In this document: piece by piece, positions 13,714-27,492 of the stretch | How positions within the stretch are numbered: position 1 is the stretch's first letter | How the letters are laid out: each line of letters starts with the position of its first letter | Assembly: GCA_964016885.1 (NCBI GenBank) | Contig: OZ024751.1 | Location: forward strand, 50,406,001-50,470,000 | DNA from: Eledone cirrhosa | Taxonomy: Eukaryota | Length of the DNA: 64,000 nt | Reading direction: 5' to 3' | Made by a program: the position numbers and the translations under genes | Notes under the pieces: generated by a model | The model's input: the letters and a program-made list of their open reading frames with translations, nothing else | Database searches by the model: none | Told to the model about the DNA's origin: nothing

Positions 13714-13805
13714 TGTATGTATGTATATATATGTATGTATGTATATATGTATGTGTATGTATGTATGTATGTGTATGTATGTATGTATGTATGTATATAT
13801 ATATG

Positions 13806-13837
<32 letters not shown>

Positions 13838-13863
13838 TGTATGTATGTATGTATGTATGTATG

Positions 13864-13894
<31 letters not shown>

Positions 13895-13955
13895 ATATGT
13901 ATGCATATATGTATGTATATATATATATATGTATGTATATATATATATATGTATG
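13500..13955. repeat. (TA)n/(TATG)n microsatellite array, left end of the TA field
   Basis: Directly visible. Confidence 0.98.
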
Positions 13956-14551
13956 TTTTCTCTTTCTCTTAATTTCGAGTATATTTTGTTGACCGGCCAC
14001 CTTCCTGGTGGCAAGGTTGTAAAAGAAAAGAAATTGTCATCCCTTGAATCGCAAGAATGTTTTGCATATTTTGAAGGTGCCAGCTATCGCAGCCATTTGT
14101 AGACTATGAATTAGGGAGCTGCGCTTTTTGTCCGCAAATCCAAGTTCGGTCATACTTTGGTCCAAGCGGGTTAGTATATAACCCGTAGCACCAATAATGA
14201 TGGGTATGAAGCTAAAGGTGTATCTTGGATACTGGATTTGTAAGCTCCTCATCAATGGTCCGTAGATGTCCTCCTTCTTCTGTATTTTTCTGACAACGTT
14301 TACATCAAGTGGGCAGCTGATCTCCACAACAGAACACGTTTTCAATGTGTGGTCCCAAACTACAATATCAGGCCGGTTGTGCTTTAATTTGGTGGCAGTT
14401 TTTATTTTCAGGTTCCACCAGTATTCCTTAGTGCCATCTGTCTCAATATATTCTTCCTCGTTTGTTGTTAATTTTGTTTTCCGAAGTGCGTTCCAGATAG
14501 TTCTAGCTATCCCATCGTGTCTCATGGGGAGGTAGTAGCGAGATGACATTC
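13956..14551 (-). mobile_element. 5'-truncated non-LTR retrotransposon with restriction-like endonuclease (R4/Dong/NeSL-type)
   Basis: Open frame RHDGIA...NRPDIVVWD...VVEISCP...KKEDIY...IIIGATG (RHD, PD..E and K..Y RLE motifs), stop at 14037, ~80-bp 3' UTR, TA on both sides. Confidence 0.9.
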
Positions 14552-15640
<1,089 letters not shown>

Positions 15641-15645
15641 AGTGT

Positions 15646-16254
15646 GTCAGGTCACCAGTTGGTGCTACTGGTAACATGTATCCCAGTACAACCTGTCTCA
15701 TGGTTGGGTCGTTGGCGACTAAACTGGCAACCCCACCAAGGTTTCTTGGTGAGGAGGGTGGCTTTGGACATCCTGCAGGACTAAAAACAAAACCTGTCAA
15801 AAGGCAAAGGGGCTCTTAAGAGTCAATAGCCATCCAAAATCACCGGGAGAGATGACCCCTTAGCCTTTGTCAAGGCAGAATTCTAGGAGAAGGAAAACTC
15901 TGATATAACACCTGCAACCCTGATGGTATCCAATGATGTTGAATTGTTCTTCTTTTTGGTAAATATCATCTTGGTTAAGAGAGTGGGACTGGCTTTGTGC
16001 AGTGCCTTTGCTCACTATAAAAGCTTCACAGCACAGGCATTGCTTTATATCTGGAGATCTCTCTGCACTTGTCGTCACATGGTACCATGGGCCCAGCACT
16101 ATGTGTCAATAATTGTCACAAGTGTAGTGTTTGTACCAGAGTTTTCAAGTCACTGGCTGAACTAAAAAGTCACATTCGTTCAGCGCATTGGTAGGGGTTC
16201 TCCTACATGGATATAAAGTAGTGGCCGTACTCGAAAACGAGTTGGCAGCCACCA
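15646..16254 (+). mobile_element. ~610-bp non-autonomous RTE-derived element 'X', full copy 1
   Basis: Six related copies in the window; starts GTCAGGTCACCAG; retains C2H2 coding remnant [25 protein letters not shown]; ends ctcgaaaacgag...gccacca+(TA)n. Confidence 0.88.
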
Positions 16255-16308
16255 TATATATATGTATATGTATATATATGTATGTATGTATATATATGTA
16301 TGTATATG

Positions 16309-16339
<31 letters not shown>

Positions 16340-16394
16340 GTATGTATGTATGTATGTATATATATGTATGTATGTATATATATGTATATATATG

Positions 16395-16447
<53 letters not shown>

Positions 16448-16561
16448 GTATGTATATATATGTATGTATGTATATATATGTATATATATGTATGTACATG
16501 TATATATATACATGTATATATATATATATATATGTATATACATATGTGTATATATATGTAT

Positions 16562-18559
16562 ATCATCATCATCATCATCATCATCATCAACGTTTAACGT
16601 CCGTGTTCCACGCTTGCATGGGTTTGGACGGGGGTAGTCCCACTTGAGGCAAGAGTGATTGTCTTGCTCGCATAGGACTGTCTGGCAGGTTTTCTACAGT
16701 TGGATGCCCTTCCTAACACCAACCACATTTACAGTGTGGGTCTGGGAGGTTTTTACCGTGTTGCCTACACGGCCACATTACAGCGTGGACTGTGTGTTTT
16801 TTTGTCGTGACACCTACACGATCTCATTTGTTTCGGCCTGGATGGCGCGGCACCAACATAACTTTACATAGAACGGGGTGGTGTGGATGGGGTGGGGGTG
16901 GTGGTGGTGGGACGGGGTGTATTTTGTTAGAGATGCCTACTGGCTGTAGTAGGTTTTACTATGTATTTAGGTAAGGCGGGTCTTCTCTGTTACTGAGTAC
17001 CGCCAAAGGTCTCGGTCCAGTGACATTGTCTTGGAGAGGTGTAAGTGTGTGAGGTCGGAGTTTATCAGCTCGTCCCAGGTTTTTCTAGGTCTGCCTATTC
17101 CGTGGCTACCGTCTATCTTTATTGCCCTGCACTTTGTTATACAGCTATCGACTTTCATGCGCATCACGTGTCCATACCAACGTAGCCTTCTCTCGAGTAA
17201 ACAACATCTGATCCCTCTTATTTCTAATTTTTTCCTTAGTTCGTTCATGCTTTGCCGTTCACGTATATTACTGTTACACATCCAGCGGAGCTTGCAAGCT
17301 TCGTTCCTCTCTAGTCTGCGTATATCCTCTGCACACAATGCCCAGGTCTCACTGCCATTTAACATTGCTGTTCGTATGCAGGCATCGTACAACCTGCCTT
17401 TCATTTTTAGGGAGAACCCTTTAGCAGCTAATAGTGGTATAAGCTCTCTGAACTTTTTCCAACCAGTTCTGACTCTAGCTACTGTACTTTCAGAGCACCC
17501 TCCCCCACTGCTGATTTTATCGCCCAGGTAACGGAAGCTGTCCACTATTTCTATAGAACCCTCTGCGCAATTGAAAGAGCTAGTATTTTGTGGGCACTTG
17601 CTGCCACTTATTGCACCAGAGTACCGGCCACATGTAAAATCTATGTTCTTAGTTAGCTTACCTGTGATCCCACTACATCTTTTATGCACCCATACTTTGC
17701 ATTTAGGACATAAAATGGAGTTTCTACCTACGCCTTTCCTACACACTGAGCATGACCATTTCCCAGAAGGGACCGCCGCCTTATTTTCTTTCCTACAAAC
17801 TAGAACTTTAGTCTTAGCCAGGTTAATTTTAAGTCCTTTTGATTCTAGGCCGTGCTTCCATGTTTGGAATTTCTTCTCTAGCTCGGCCATTGATTCAGCT
17901 ATGAGTGTCAGGTCGTCTGCGTATAGGAGTTCCGATGGGCAGCCGGTCTTGAACTCCTCTGTTATAGCCTGAAGGGCAATAATAAATAGTAGGGGGCTGA
18001 GGACAGAGCCCTGATGGACGCCAACTTTTACGCTAAACTCTTCACTATATTCGTTGTTAATTCTAACCTTGCTGACTGTTTCTTTATACATGGCTTGTAT
18101 AGCTCTCACAAGCCATTCGTCAACGCCTAGTTTTCTAAGAGCCCACCAGATAATGGAGCGGGGGACTCTGTCGAAGGCTTTCTCCAAGTCGACAAAAGCT
18201 AAGTAGAGGGGTTTACCTTTAGCTAGGTACTTCTCCTGTAGTTGTCGTACAATGAAAAGAGCGTCTGTGGTACTTTTGCCTGACACAAACCCGAACTGCA
18301 TTTCATCTAGGTCAATTCTCTCTCTGATTAGTTGCGCTATTACTTTTTCCGTGACCTTCATGACCTGGTCGATTAATTTAATGCCTCTATAGTTACTCCT
18401 ATCTAGGGCGTCTCCTTTACCCTTATAACAGTTAACGATGATGCTGCTATGCCAGTCCTTCGGAACAACCCCATTCTGTACGACTTGGTTAACTATGCGG
18501 GTGACCATGGTGTGTCCCACCGTGCCAGATGCCTTCAGCATCTCAGCAACTATTTCCGA
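16562..18559 (-). mobile_element. Young RTE-clade LINE copy 1 (5'-truncated; RT, PHD insert, 3' UTR, (GAT)n tail)
   Basis: Open ORF 16967-18541 with YADD and GRPRKTW. Confidence 0.96.
16967..18541 (-). CDS. RTE reverse transcriptase, 5'-truncated open frame (524 aa)
   Basis: [32 protein letters not shown] and FRYLG motifs; last PHD Cys changed to Tyr (CGRY). Confidence 0.85.
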   Translation of the reverse strand: MLKASGTVGHTMVTRIVNQVVQNGVVPKDWHSSIIVNCYKGKGDALDRSNYRGIKLIDQVMKVTEKVIAQLIRERIDLDEMQFGFVSGKSTTDALFIVRQLQEKYLAKGKPLYLAFVDLEKAFDRVPRSIIWWALRKLGVDEWLVRAIQAMYKETVSKVRINNEYSEEFSVKVGVHQGSVLSPLLFIIALQAITEEFKTGCPSELLYADDLTLIAESMAELEKKFQTWKHGLESKGLKINLAKTKVLVCRKENKAAVPSGKWSCSVCRKGVGRNSILCPKCKVWVHKRCSGITGKLTKNIDFTCGRYSGAISGSKCPQNTSSFNCAEGSIEIVDSFRYLGDKISSGGGCSESTVARVRTGWKKFRELIPLLAAKGFSLKMKGRLYDACIRTAMLNGSETWALCAEDIRRLERNEACKLRWMCNSNIRERQSMNELRKKLEIRGIRCCLLERRLRWYGHVMRMKVDSCITKCRAIKIDGSHGIGRPRKTWDELINSDLTHLHLSKTMSLDRDLWRYSVTEKTRLT

Positions 18560-18757
18560 TGTATATATATATGTATATATATGTGTATATATATGTATAT
18601 ATATATGTATATATATGTATATGTATGTATGTATATATATGTGTATGTATGTATGTATATGTATGTATATATATGTATATGTATATGTACGTATGTATAT
18701 ATATGTATATATATATGTATGTATATATATGTGTATATATATATGTATATATATATG

Positions 18758-18788
<31 letters not shown>

Positions 18789-19164
18789 GTATATATATAT
18801 GTATATATATATGTATATATATATGTATATATATATGTATATATATATATGTATATGTATATATATATATGTATATATATATGTATATATATATATGTAT
18901 ATGTATATATATATATGTATATATATATATGTATATATATATATGTATATATATATATGTATATATATATATGTATATATATATATGTATATATATATAT
19001 GTATATATATATATATGTATATATATATATGTATATATATATATATGTATATATATATATGTATATATATATATATGTATATATATATGTATATATATAT
19101 GTATATATATATGTATATATATATGTATGTATATATATATATATGTATATATATATGTATGTAT

Positions 19165-19763
19165 GTTACCGGTGCTACTGGTTACATGTATCCCAGTACA
19201 ACCTGTCTCATGGTCGGGTCGTTGGCGACTAAACTGGCAACCCTACCAAGGTTTCTTGGTGAGGAGGGTGACTTTGAACATCCTGCAGGACTAAAACCAA
19301 AACCTGTCAAAGGGCAGAGGAGCTCATAAGAGTCAATGGCCATCCAAAATCACCAGGAGAGATGATCCCTTAGCCTTTGTCAAGGCAGAATTCTAGGAGA
19401 AGGAAAACTCTGATATAAGACCTGCAACCCTGATGGTATCCAATGATGTTGACTTGTTCTTCTTTTTGGTAAATATCATCTTGGTTAAGAGAGTGGGACT
19501 GGCTTTGTGCAGTGCCTTTGCTCACTATAAAAGCTTCAAGGCACAGGCATTGCTTTATATCTGGAGATCTCTCTGCACTTGTCGTCAGATGGTGCCATGG
19601 GCCCAGCACAATGTGTCAATAATTGTCACAGGTGTAGTGTTTGTATCAGAGTTTTCAAGTCGCTGGCTGGACTAAAAGTCACACTTGTTTAGTGCATCGG
19701 TAGGAGTTCTCCTACATGGATATAAAGTAGTGGCCGTACTCGAAAACGAATTGGCAGCAACCA
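19165..19763 (+). mobile_element. Element X copy 2
   Basis: High similarity to 15646-16254; a few 5' bases missing. Confidence 0.88.
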
Positions 19764-19798
19764 TGTATATATATATATGTGTGTATGCATATATATAT

Positions 19799-20210
19799 CC
19801 GGGAGAGATGACCCCTTAGCCTTTGTCAAGGCAGAATTGTAGGAGAAGGAAAACTCTGATATAGCACCTGCAACCCTGAAGGTATCCAATGATATTGACT
19901 TGTTCTTCTTTTTGGTAAATATTAACTTGGCTAAGAGAGTGGGACTGGCTTTGTGCAGTACCTTTGCTCACTATAAAAGCTTCATGGCACAGGCATTGCT
20001 TTGTATCAGGAGATCTCTCTGCACTTGTTGTCACATGGTACCATGGGCCCAGCACTATGTGTCAATAATTGTCACAGATGTAGTGTTTGTACCAGAGTTT
20101 TCAAGTCGCTGGCTGGACTAAAAAGTCACACTTGTTCAGCGCATCGCTAGCGGTTCTCCTACATGGATATAAAGTAGTGGCCGTACTCAAAAACGAGTTG
20201 GCAGCCACCA
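19799..20210 (+). mobile_element. Element X copy 3 (5'-truncated)
   Basis: Begins ccgggagagatgacccc; same 3' terminus followed by TA. Confidence 0.88.
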
Positions 20211-20276
20211 TGTATGTATATATATATATATATATATGTATGTATAAATATATGTATATATGTTTGTATATATACA

Positions 20277-20895
20277 TGGGACGAGCTGATAAATTCCGAC
20301 CTCACACGCTTACACCTCTCCAAGAAAATGTCACTGGACCGAGACCTTTGGCGGTACTCAGTAATAGAGAAGACCCGCCTTACCTAAATACAAAGTAAAA
20401 ACCTACTACAGTCAGTAGGCATCTCTATCAAAACACCCCCCCGTCCCACCACCTCCACCCCATCCACACCGCCCCTTTCAATGTACAGTTATGTTGGTCC
20501 CACAACATCCAGGCCGAAAGAAATGAGATCGTGTAGGTGTCACGACAAAAAAAGCACACAGTCCACGCTGTAAATGTGGCCTTGTAGGCAACACGGTAAA
20601 AACCTCCCAGCCCCACACTGTAAATGTGGTTGGTGTTAGGAAGGGCATCCAGCTGTAGAAAACCCGCCAGACAGTCCACGCTGTAATGTGGCCGTGTAGG
20701 CAACACGGTAAAAACCTCCCAGCCCCACACTGTAAATGTGGTTGGTGTTAGGAAGGGCATCCAACTGTAGAAAACCCACCAGACAGTCCTATGCGAGCAA
20801 GACAACCACTCTTGCCTCAAGTGGGAAAACCCCCGTCCAAACCCATGCAAGCGTGGAACATGGACGCTAAACCTGATGATGATGATGATGATGAT
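20277..20895 (+). mobile_element. 5'-truncated RTE LINE with an internal ~113-bp tandem duplication in the 3' UTR
   Basis: Matches about 53636-54138; segment 20558-20670 repeated at 20671-20782. Confidence 0.92.
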
Positions 20896-21197
20896 ATATG
20901 TATATATGTTTGTATATATATATATATGTATATATGTTTGTATATATATATATGTATATATGTTTGTATATATATATATATATGTATATATGTTTGTATA
21001 TATATATGTATATATGTTTGTATATATATATGTATATATGTATGTATATGTATGTATATATGTATGTATATATGTATATATATATATGTATGTATTGTAT
21101 ATATGTATGTATGTATTGTATATATGTATGTATGTATTGTATATATGTATGTATGTATTGTATATATATATGTATGTATGTATATATGTATGTATGT

Positions 21198-21228
<31 letters not shown>

Positions 21229-21244
21229 TTCTATACCTTTCATT

Positions 21245-21278
<34 letters not shown>

Positions 21279-21372
21279 CATACATATATATGTATGTATG
21301 TATATGTATATATGTATGTATATATATGTGTATGTATATATATATATGTGTATGTATATATGTGTATATATA

Positions 21373-21405
<33 letters not shown>

Positions 21406-21498
21406 ATATGTATGTATATATATATATATATATATATGTATTTATATATATATATATATATGTATGTATTTATATATATATGTATGTATGTATGTATA

Positions 21499-21539
<41 letters not shown>

Positions 21540-22064
21540 ATGTATTTATATATATATATATGTGTATGTATTTATATATATATATATGTGTATGTATTTA
21601 TATATATATATGTATGTATTTATATATATATATATGTATTTATATATATATATATATGTATGTATTTATATATATATTTATATGTATGTATTTATATATA
21701 TATGTATATAAATGTATATATATATGTATATATATGTATATATATATGTATATATATGTATATATATGTATATATATGTATATATATATGTATATGTATA
21801 TGTATATATATGTATATGTATATATATATAGCGGCGATGAATTAGTTTTATGTAAACTATATATATGTGTTTGTGTCTATATTGTATCTGTATTATTTTT
21901 GACCGTCGGTCAGTCAATGGCAACATTGAGGACCGAGTAAGTTAGACCGCAGATATAAAAGACAGCGAGAAGCGAAAACCAACCAAACAGTGAGTGTGTT
22001 CTGTTATTAATTCTGGCAATATTACGCAAATATGACCCTTCTCAAATATATATATATATATGTA

Positions 22065-22122
22065 AACCCATGCAAGCGTGGAACACGGACGTTAAACGTT
22101 GATGATGATGATGATGATGATG
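22065..22122 (+). mobile_element. Minimal RTE 3'-terminal insertion
   Basis: aaacccatgcaagcgtggaacacggacgttaaacgtt(gat)n inside TA. Confidence 0.88.
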
Positions 22123-22155
<33 letters not shown>

Positions 22156-22387
22156 GTATATATATATACAATTAAGTTAAAGTGTACATCTACATATGTA
22201 TACGGAAGTATTAGTATGCATATAAATACACACATGTATACATATGTACATGTACTCAGCTTTTCACTAGACACTTTACAGTGAGTGTCAGCTAGTCTGT
22301 ATGTAACCACACAGACGGACCGGGTTTTAGAGTCATACGGGTTTTCAAGGAAACACATTTCCTCTATTCTTCAGAGGGCCAGACAGG

Positions 22388-22432
22388 AATATTGGACTAG
22401 TTTCGATGTTATTACATCTCATCAGCAATATT
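22388..22432 (-). ncRNA. Minimal type I hammerhead ribozyme (unit 1)
   Basis: Minus strand: aatattg CTGATGA gatgt-aata-acatc GAAAC ta GTC caatatt; 7-bp stem I, 5-bp stem II, palindromic ACTAGT stem III, GUC site. Confidence 0.92.
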
Positions 22433-22856
22433 TACCCATCTTGCGGCTTCTCTGGAGAATTGTAAAAGCACATATCGTTATATGCTTTTTCTATGAAAAT
22501 TAGTAGTGGGTAGACTAATTTGCATAGAACGTGAGTCATCGTACGCACCGGTTCAGCGGAAATGATAAAAACAAATAACGAAACGAAATTAAATTTCGTT
22601 TCGCTTCTAACTCACTTTTGTATGACTGACGCTTAAACAATTAAGTTAAAGTGTACATCTACATATGTATACGGAAGTATTAGTATGCATATAAATACAC
22701 ACATGTATACATATGTACATGTACTCAGCTTTTCACTAGACACTTTACAGTGAGTGTCAGCTAGTCTGTATGTAACCACACAGACGGACCGGGTTTTAGA
22801 GTCATACGGGTTTTCAAGGAAACAGATTTCCTCTATTCTCCAGAGGGCCAGACAGG

Positions 22857-22901
22857 AATATTGGACTAGTTTCGATGTTATTACATCTCATCAGCAATAT
22901 T
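22857..22901 (-). ncRNA. Minimal type I hammerhead ribozyme (unit 2)
   Basis: Identical to 22388-22432, 469 nt away. Confidence 0.92.
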
Positions 22902-23034
22902 TACCCATCTTCCGGCTTCTCTGGAGAATTGTAAAAGCACATATCGTTATATGCTTTTTCTATGAAAATTAGTAGTGGGTAGACTAATTTGCATAGAACG
23001 TGAGTCATTGTACGCACCGGTTCAGCGGAAAGGA

Positions 23035-23150
23035 TATACACATATATATATGTATATATATATATGTGTATATATATATATATGTATATATGTATATGTG
23101 TATATATATATATATGTGTATATGTATATGTGTATATATATATATATGTG

Positions 23151-23181
<31 letters not shown>

Positions 23182-23628
23182 GTATATATATATGTGTATA
23201 TATATATGTATATATATATATATATGTATATATATATGTGTATATATATATGTATATATATATATATATGTATATATATATGTGTATATATATATGTATA
23301 TATATATGTATATATATATATATATGTATATATATATGTCTATATATATATGTGTATATATATATATGTATATATATATGTGTATATATATATGTATATA
23401 TATATATATATATGTGTGTATATATATATGTATATATATATATATATATGTGTGTATATATATATGTATATATATATATATATATATATGTGTATATATA
23501 TATGTATATATATATATATATATATGTGTACATATATGTATATATATATGTGTACATATATGTATATATATATGTGTACATATATGTGTATATATATATG
23601 TATATATATATATATATATGTGTACATA

Positions 23629-23662
<34 letters not shown>

Positions 23663-23688
23663 TATATATATATGTATATATATATATA

Positions 23689-23761
<73 letters not shown>

Positions 23762-23846
23762 ATATATATATGTATATATATATATGTATATATATATATG
23801 TGTATATATATATGTATATATATATATATATGTGTATATATATATG

Positions 23847-23881
<35 letters not shown>

Positions 23882-24011
23882 GTAATTATATATGTGTATA
23901 TATATATGTAATTATATATGTATATATATATATGTATATGTATATATTTATATATATATATGTATATGTATATATGTATATATATGTATATGTATATATT
24001 TATATATATAT

Positions 24012-24042
<31 letters not shown>

Positions 24043-24208
24043 TGTATATATATATGTATATATGTATATGTATATATGTATATATATATATGTATATATA
24101 TATGTATATATATGTATATATATGTATATATGTATATATATGTGTATATATGTATATATATGTATATACATATATATGTATATATATGTATATATATGTA
24201 TATATATG

Positions 24209-24245
<37 letters not shown>

Positions 24246-24276
24246 GTATATATATATATATTTATATATATATATG

Positions 24277-24325
<49 letters not shown>

Positions 24326-24333
24326 GATATATG

Positions 24334-24380
<47 letters not shown>

Positions 24381-24533
24381 GTATATATGTATATATATAT
24401 ATGTATATATATATATGTGTATATGTATATATATATGTATATATATATGTGTATATATGTATATGTATATATATATGTATATATATATGTGTATATATGT
24501 ATATGTATATATATATGTGTATATATGTATATG

Positions 24534-24564
<31 letters not shown>

Positions 24565-24807
24565 GTGTATATATATGTATATATATATATGTATATATGT
24601 ATATGTATATATGTATATATATATATATATATGTATATATATGTATATATGTATATATGTATATGTATATATATATGTATATATATATGTATATATATAT
24701 GTATATATATATATGTATATATATATGTATGTATATATGTATATATATATGTATGTATGTATATATGTATATATATATGTATGTATATATATATGTATAT
24801 ATATGTA

Positions 24808-24854
<47 letters not shown>

Positions 24855-24895
24855 GTATGTCTATATGTATATATATATGTATGTATATATATATG

Positions 24896-24930
<35 letters not shown>

Positions 24931-25021
24931 ATATATATATGTATATATGTATATATATGTATATATGTATGTATATATATGTATATATGTATATATATAT
25001 ATGTATGTATATATATATGTA

Positions 25022-25052
<31 letters not shown>

Positions 25053-25227
25053 ATATATATATGTATATATGTATATATATGTATATATGTATATATATAT
25101 GTGTATATATGTATATATATGTATATATGTATATATATATGTATATATATATATGTATATATGTATATATATATACGTATATATGTATATATATATATGT
25201 ATGTATATATATATATGTATATATATG

Positions 25228-25278
<51 letters not shown>

Positions 25279-25443
25279 GTATATATATATATGTATATAT
25301 GTATATATATATGTATATATGTATATGTATATATGTATATGTATATATGTATATATATATATGTGTATATATATATATGTATATATATATATGTATATAT
25401 ATATATGTATATATGTATATGTATATATGTATATATATATATG

Positions 25444-25474
<31 letters not shown>

Positions 25475-25503
25475 GTATATGTATATATGTATATATATAT
25501 ATG

Positions 25504-25534
<31 letters not shown>

Positions 25535-25549
25535 GTATGTATATATATG

Positions 25550-25580
<31 letters not shown>

Positions 25581-26027
25581 GTGTATATATATATGTATAT
25601 ATATATATATGTGTATATATATATGTATATATATATATGTGTATATATATATGTATATATATATATGTGTATATATACATATATATATATATGTATATAT
25701 ATGTATATATATATATGTGTATATATATATATATGTATATATATGTATATATATATGTGTATATATATGTATATGTATATATGTGTATATATATATATAT
25801 GTGTATATATATATATATGTGTATATATATGGTTATGTATATGTATAGGTTTGGAGGAAACAATTGTAAGCAAATAAATGATCTAAACTGAACTTTGATT
25901 CATGTAATTTCTATAGGTATGTATATATATATATGTATATATATATATGTATGTATATATATCTATGTATATATATGTATGTATATATATGTATATATTT
26001 ATATGTATATATATGTATATATGTGTA

Positions 26028-26118
<91 letters not shown>

Positions 26119-26159
26119 CTATATATATATATATGTATGTGTGTATGTATATATATATG

Positions 26160-26230
<71 letters not shown>

Positions 26231-26341
26231 CTATATATATATATATGTATGTGTGTATGTATATATATATATATGTATATATATATCTATATATATATAT
26301 ATGTATGTGTGTATGTATATATATATGTATGTATGTATATA

Positions 26342-26386
<45 letters not shown>

Positions 26387-26443
26387 CTATATATATATAT
26401 ATGTATGTGTGTATGTATATATATATGTATGTATGTATATATC

Positions 26444-26486
<43 letters not shown>

Positions 26487-26715
26487 GTATATATATATGT
26501 ATATATATATATGTATGTATGTATATATATATATGTATATATGTATATATATATATGTATGTATGTATATATATATATGTATGTATGTATATATATATAT
26601 GTATGTATGTATATATATATATGTATGTATGTATATATATATATGTATGTATGTATATATGTATGTATCTATGTATATATATATATTTATGTATGTATGT
26701 ATATATGTATAAATA

Positions 26716-26778
<63 letters not shown>

Positions 26779-26785
26779 GTATATA

Positions 26786-26816
<31 letters not shown>

Positions 26817-26819
26817 GTA

Positions 26820-26850
<31 letters not shown>

Positions 26851-26999
26851 ATATGTATATATATACATATATATATATGTATATATGTATATATATACAT
26901 ATATATATATGTATATATGTATATATGTATATATGTATATATATACATATATATATATGTATATATGTATATATATACATATATATATATGTATATATG

Positions 27000-27034
<35 letters not shown>

Positions 27035-27043
27035 GTATATATG

Positions 27044-27136
<93 letters not shown>

Positions 27137-27141
27137 ATATG

Positions 27142-27194
<53 letters not shown>

Positions 27195-27197
27195 ATA

Positions 27198-27237
<40 letters not shown>

Positions 27238-27383
27238 CGTATATTTGTATATATATATATATGTATATATATGTATATGTATATATATATGTATATGTAG
27301 ATATATGTATATATGTATATACATATATATGTGTGTATATATGTATATACATATATATGTGTATATATATATATATATATGTG

Positions 27384-27430
<47 letters not shown>

Positions 27431-27457
27431 GTATATATATGTATGTATATATATATG

Positions 27458-27492
<35 letters not shown>
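23035..27492. repeat. Long (TA)n/(TATG)n array with a small island at about 25830-25918
   Basis: Directly visible. Confidence 0.97.

Larger units (their letters stand above)
22168..23031 (-). mobile_element. 469-bp tandem unit (~1.84 copies) with one hammerhead ribozyme per unit; candidate non-LTR retrozyme
   Basis: 22168-22562 repeated at 22637-23031 (offset 469, four substitutions seen); many hairpins; no RT/EN coding. Confidence 0.8.

Noticed and set aside
15646-15730. HDV-like ribozyme at the precise 5' end of element X
   Set aside because: Partial pairings exist (gtcaggt/acctgtc, tgta-tcccag-taca, a CTAA before actgg) but I could not assemble a complete nested double pseudoknot by eye; needs an RNArobo/Infernal search.
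16659-16871. Recurrent 70-80 aa ORFs ([10 protein letters not shown]..., MLGPWYH..., MVSNDV...)
   Set aside because: They recur only because they lie in repeated LINE UTR or element X copies; mostly non-ATG starts or antisense.
22285-22972. Duplicated 72-aa ORF in the 469-bp unit
   Set aside because: GTG start, no recognisable domain, antisense to the ribozyme; duplication is explained by the tandem repeat.
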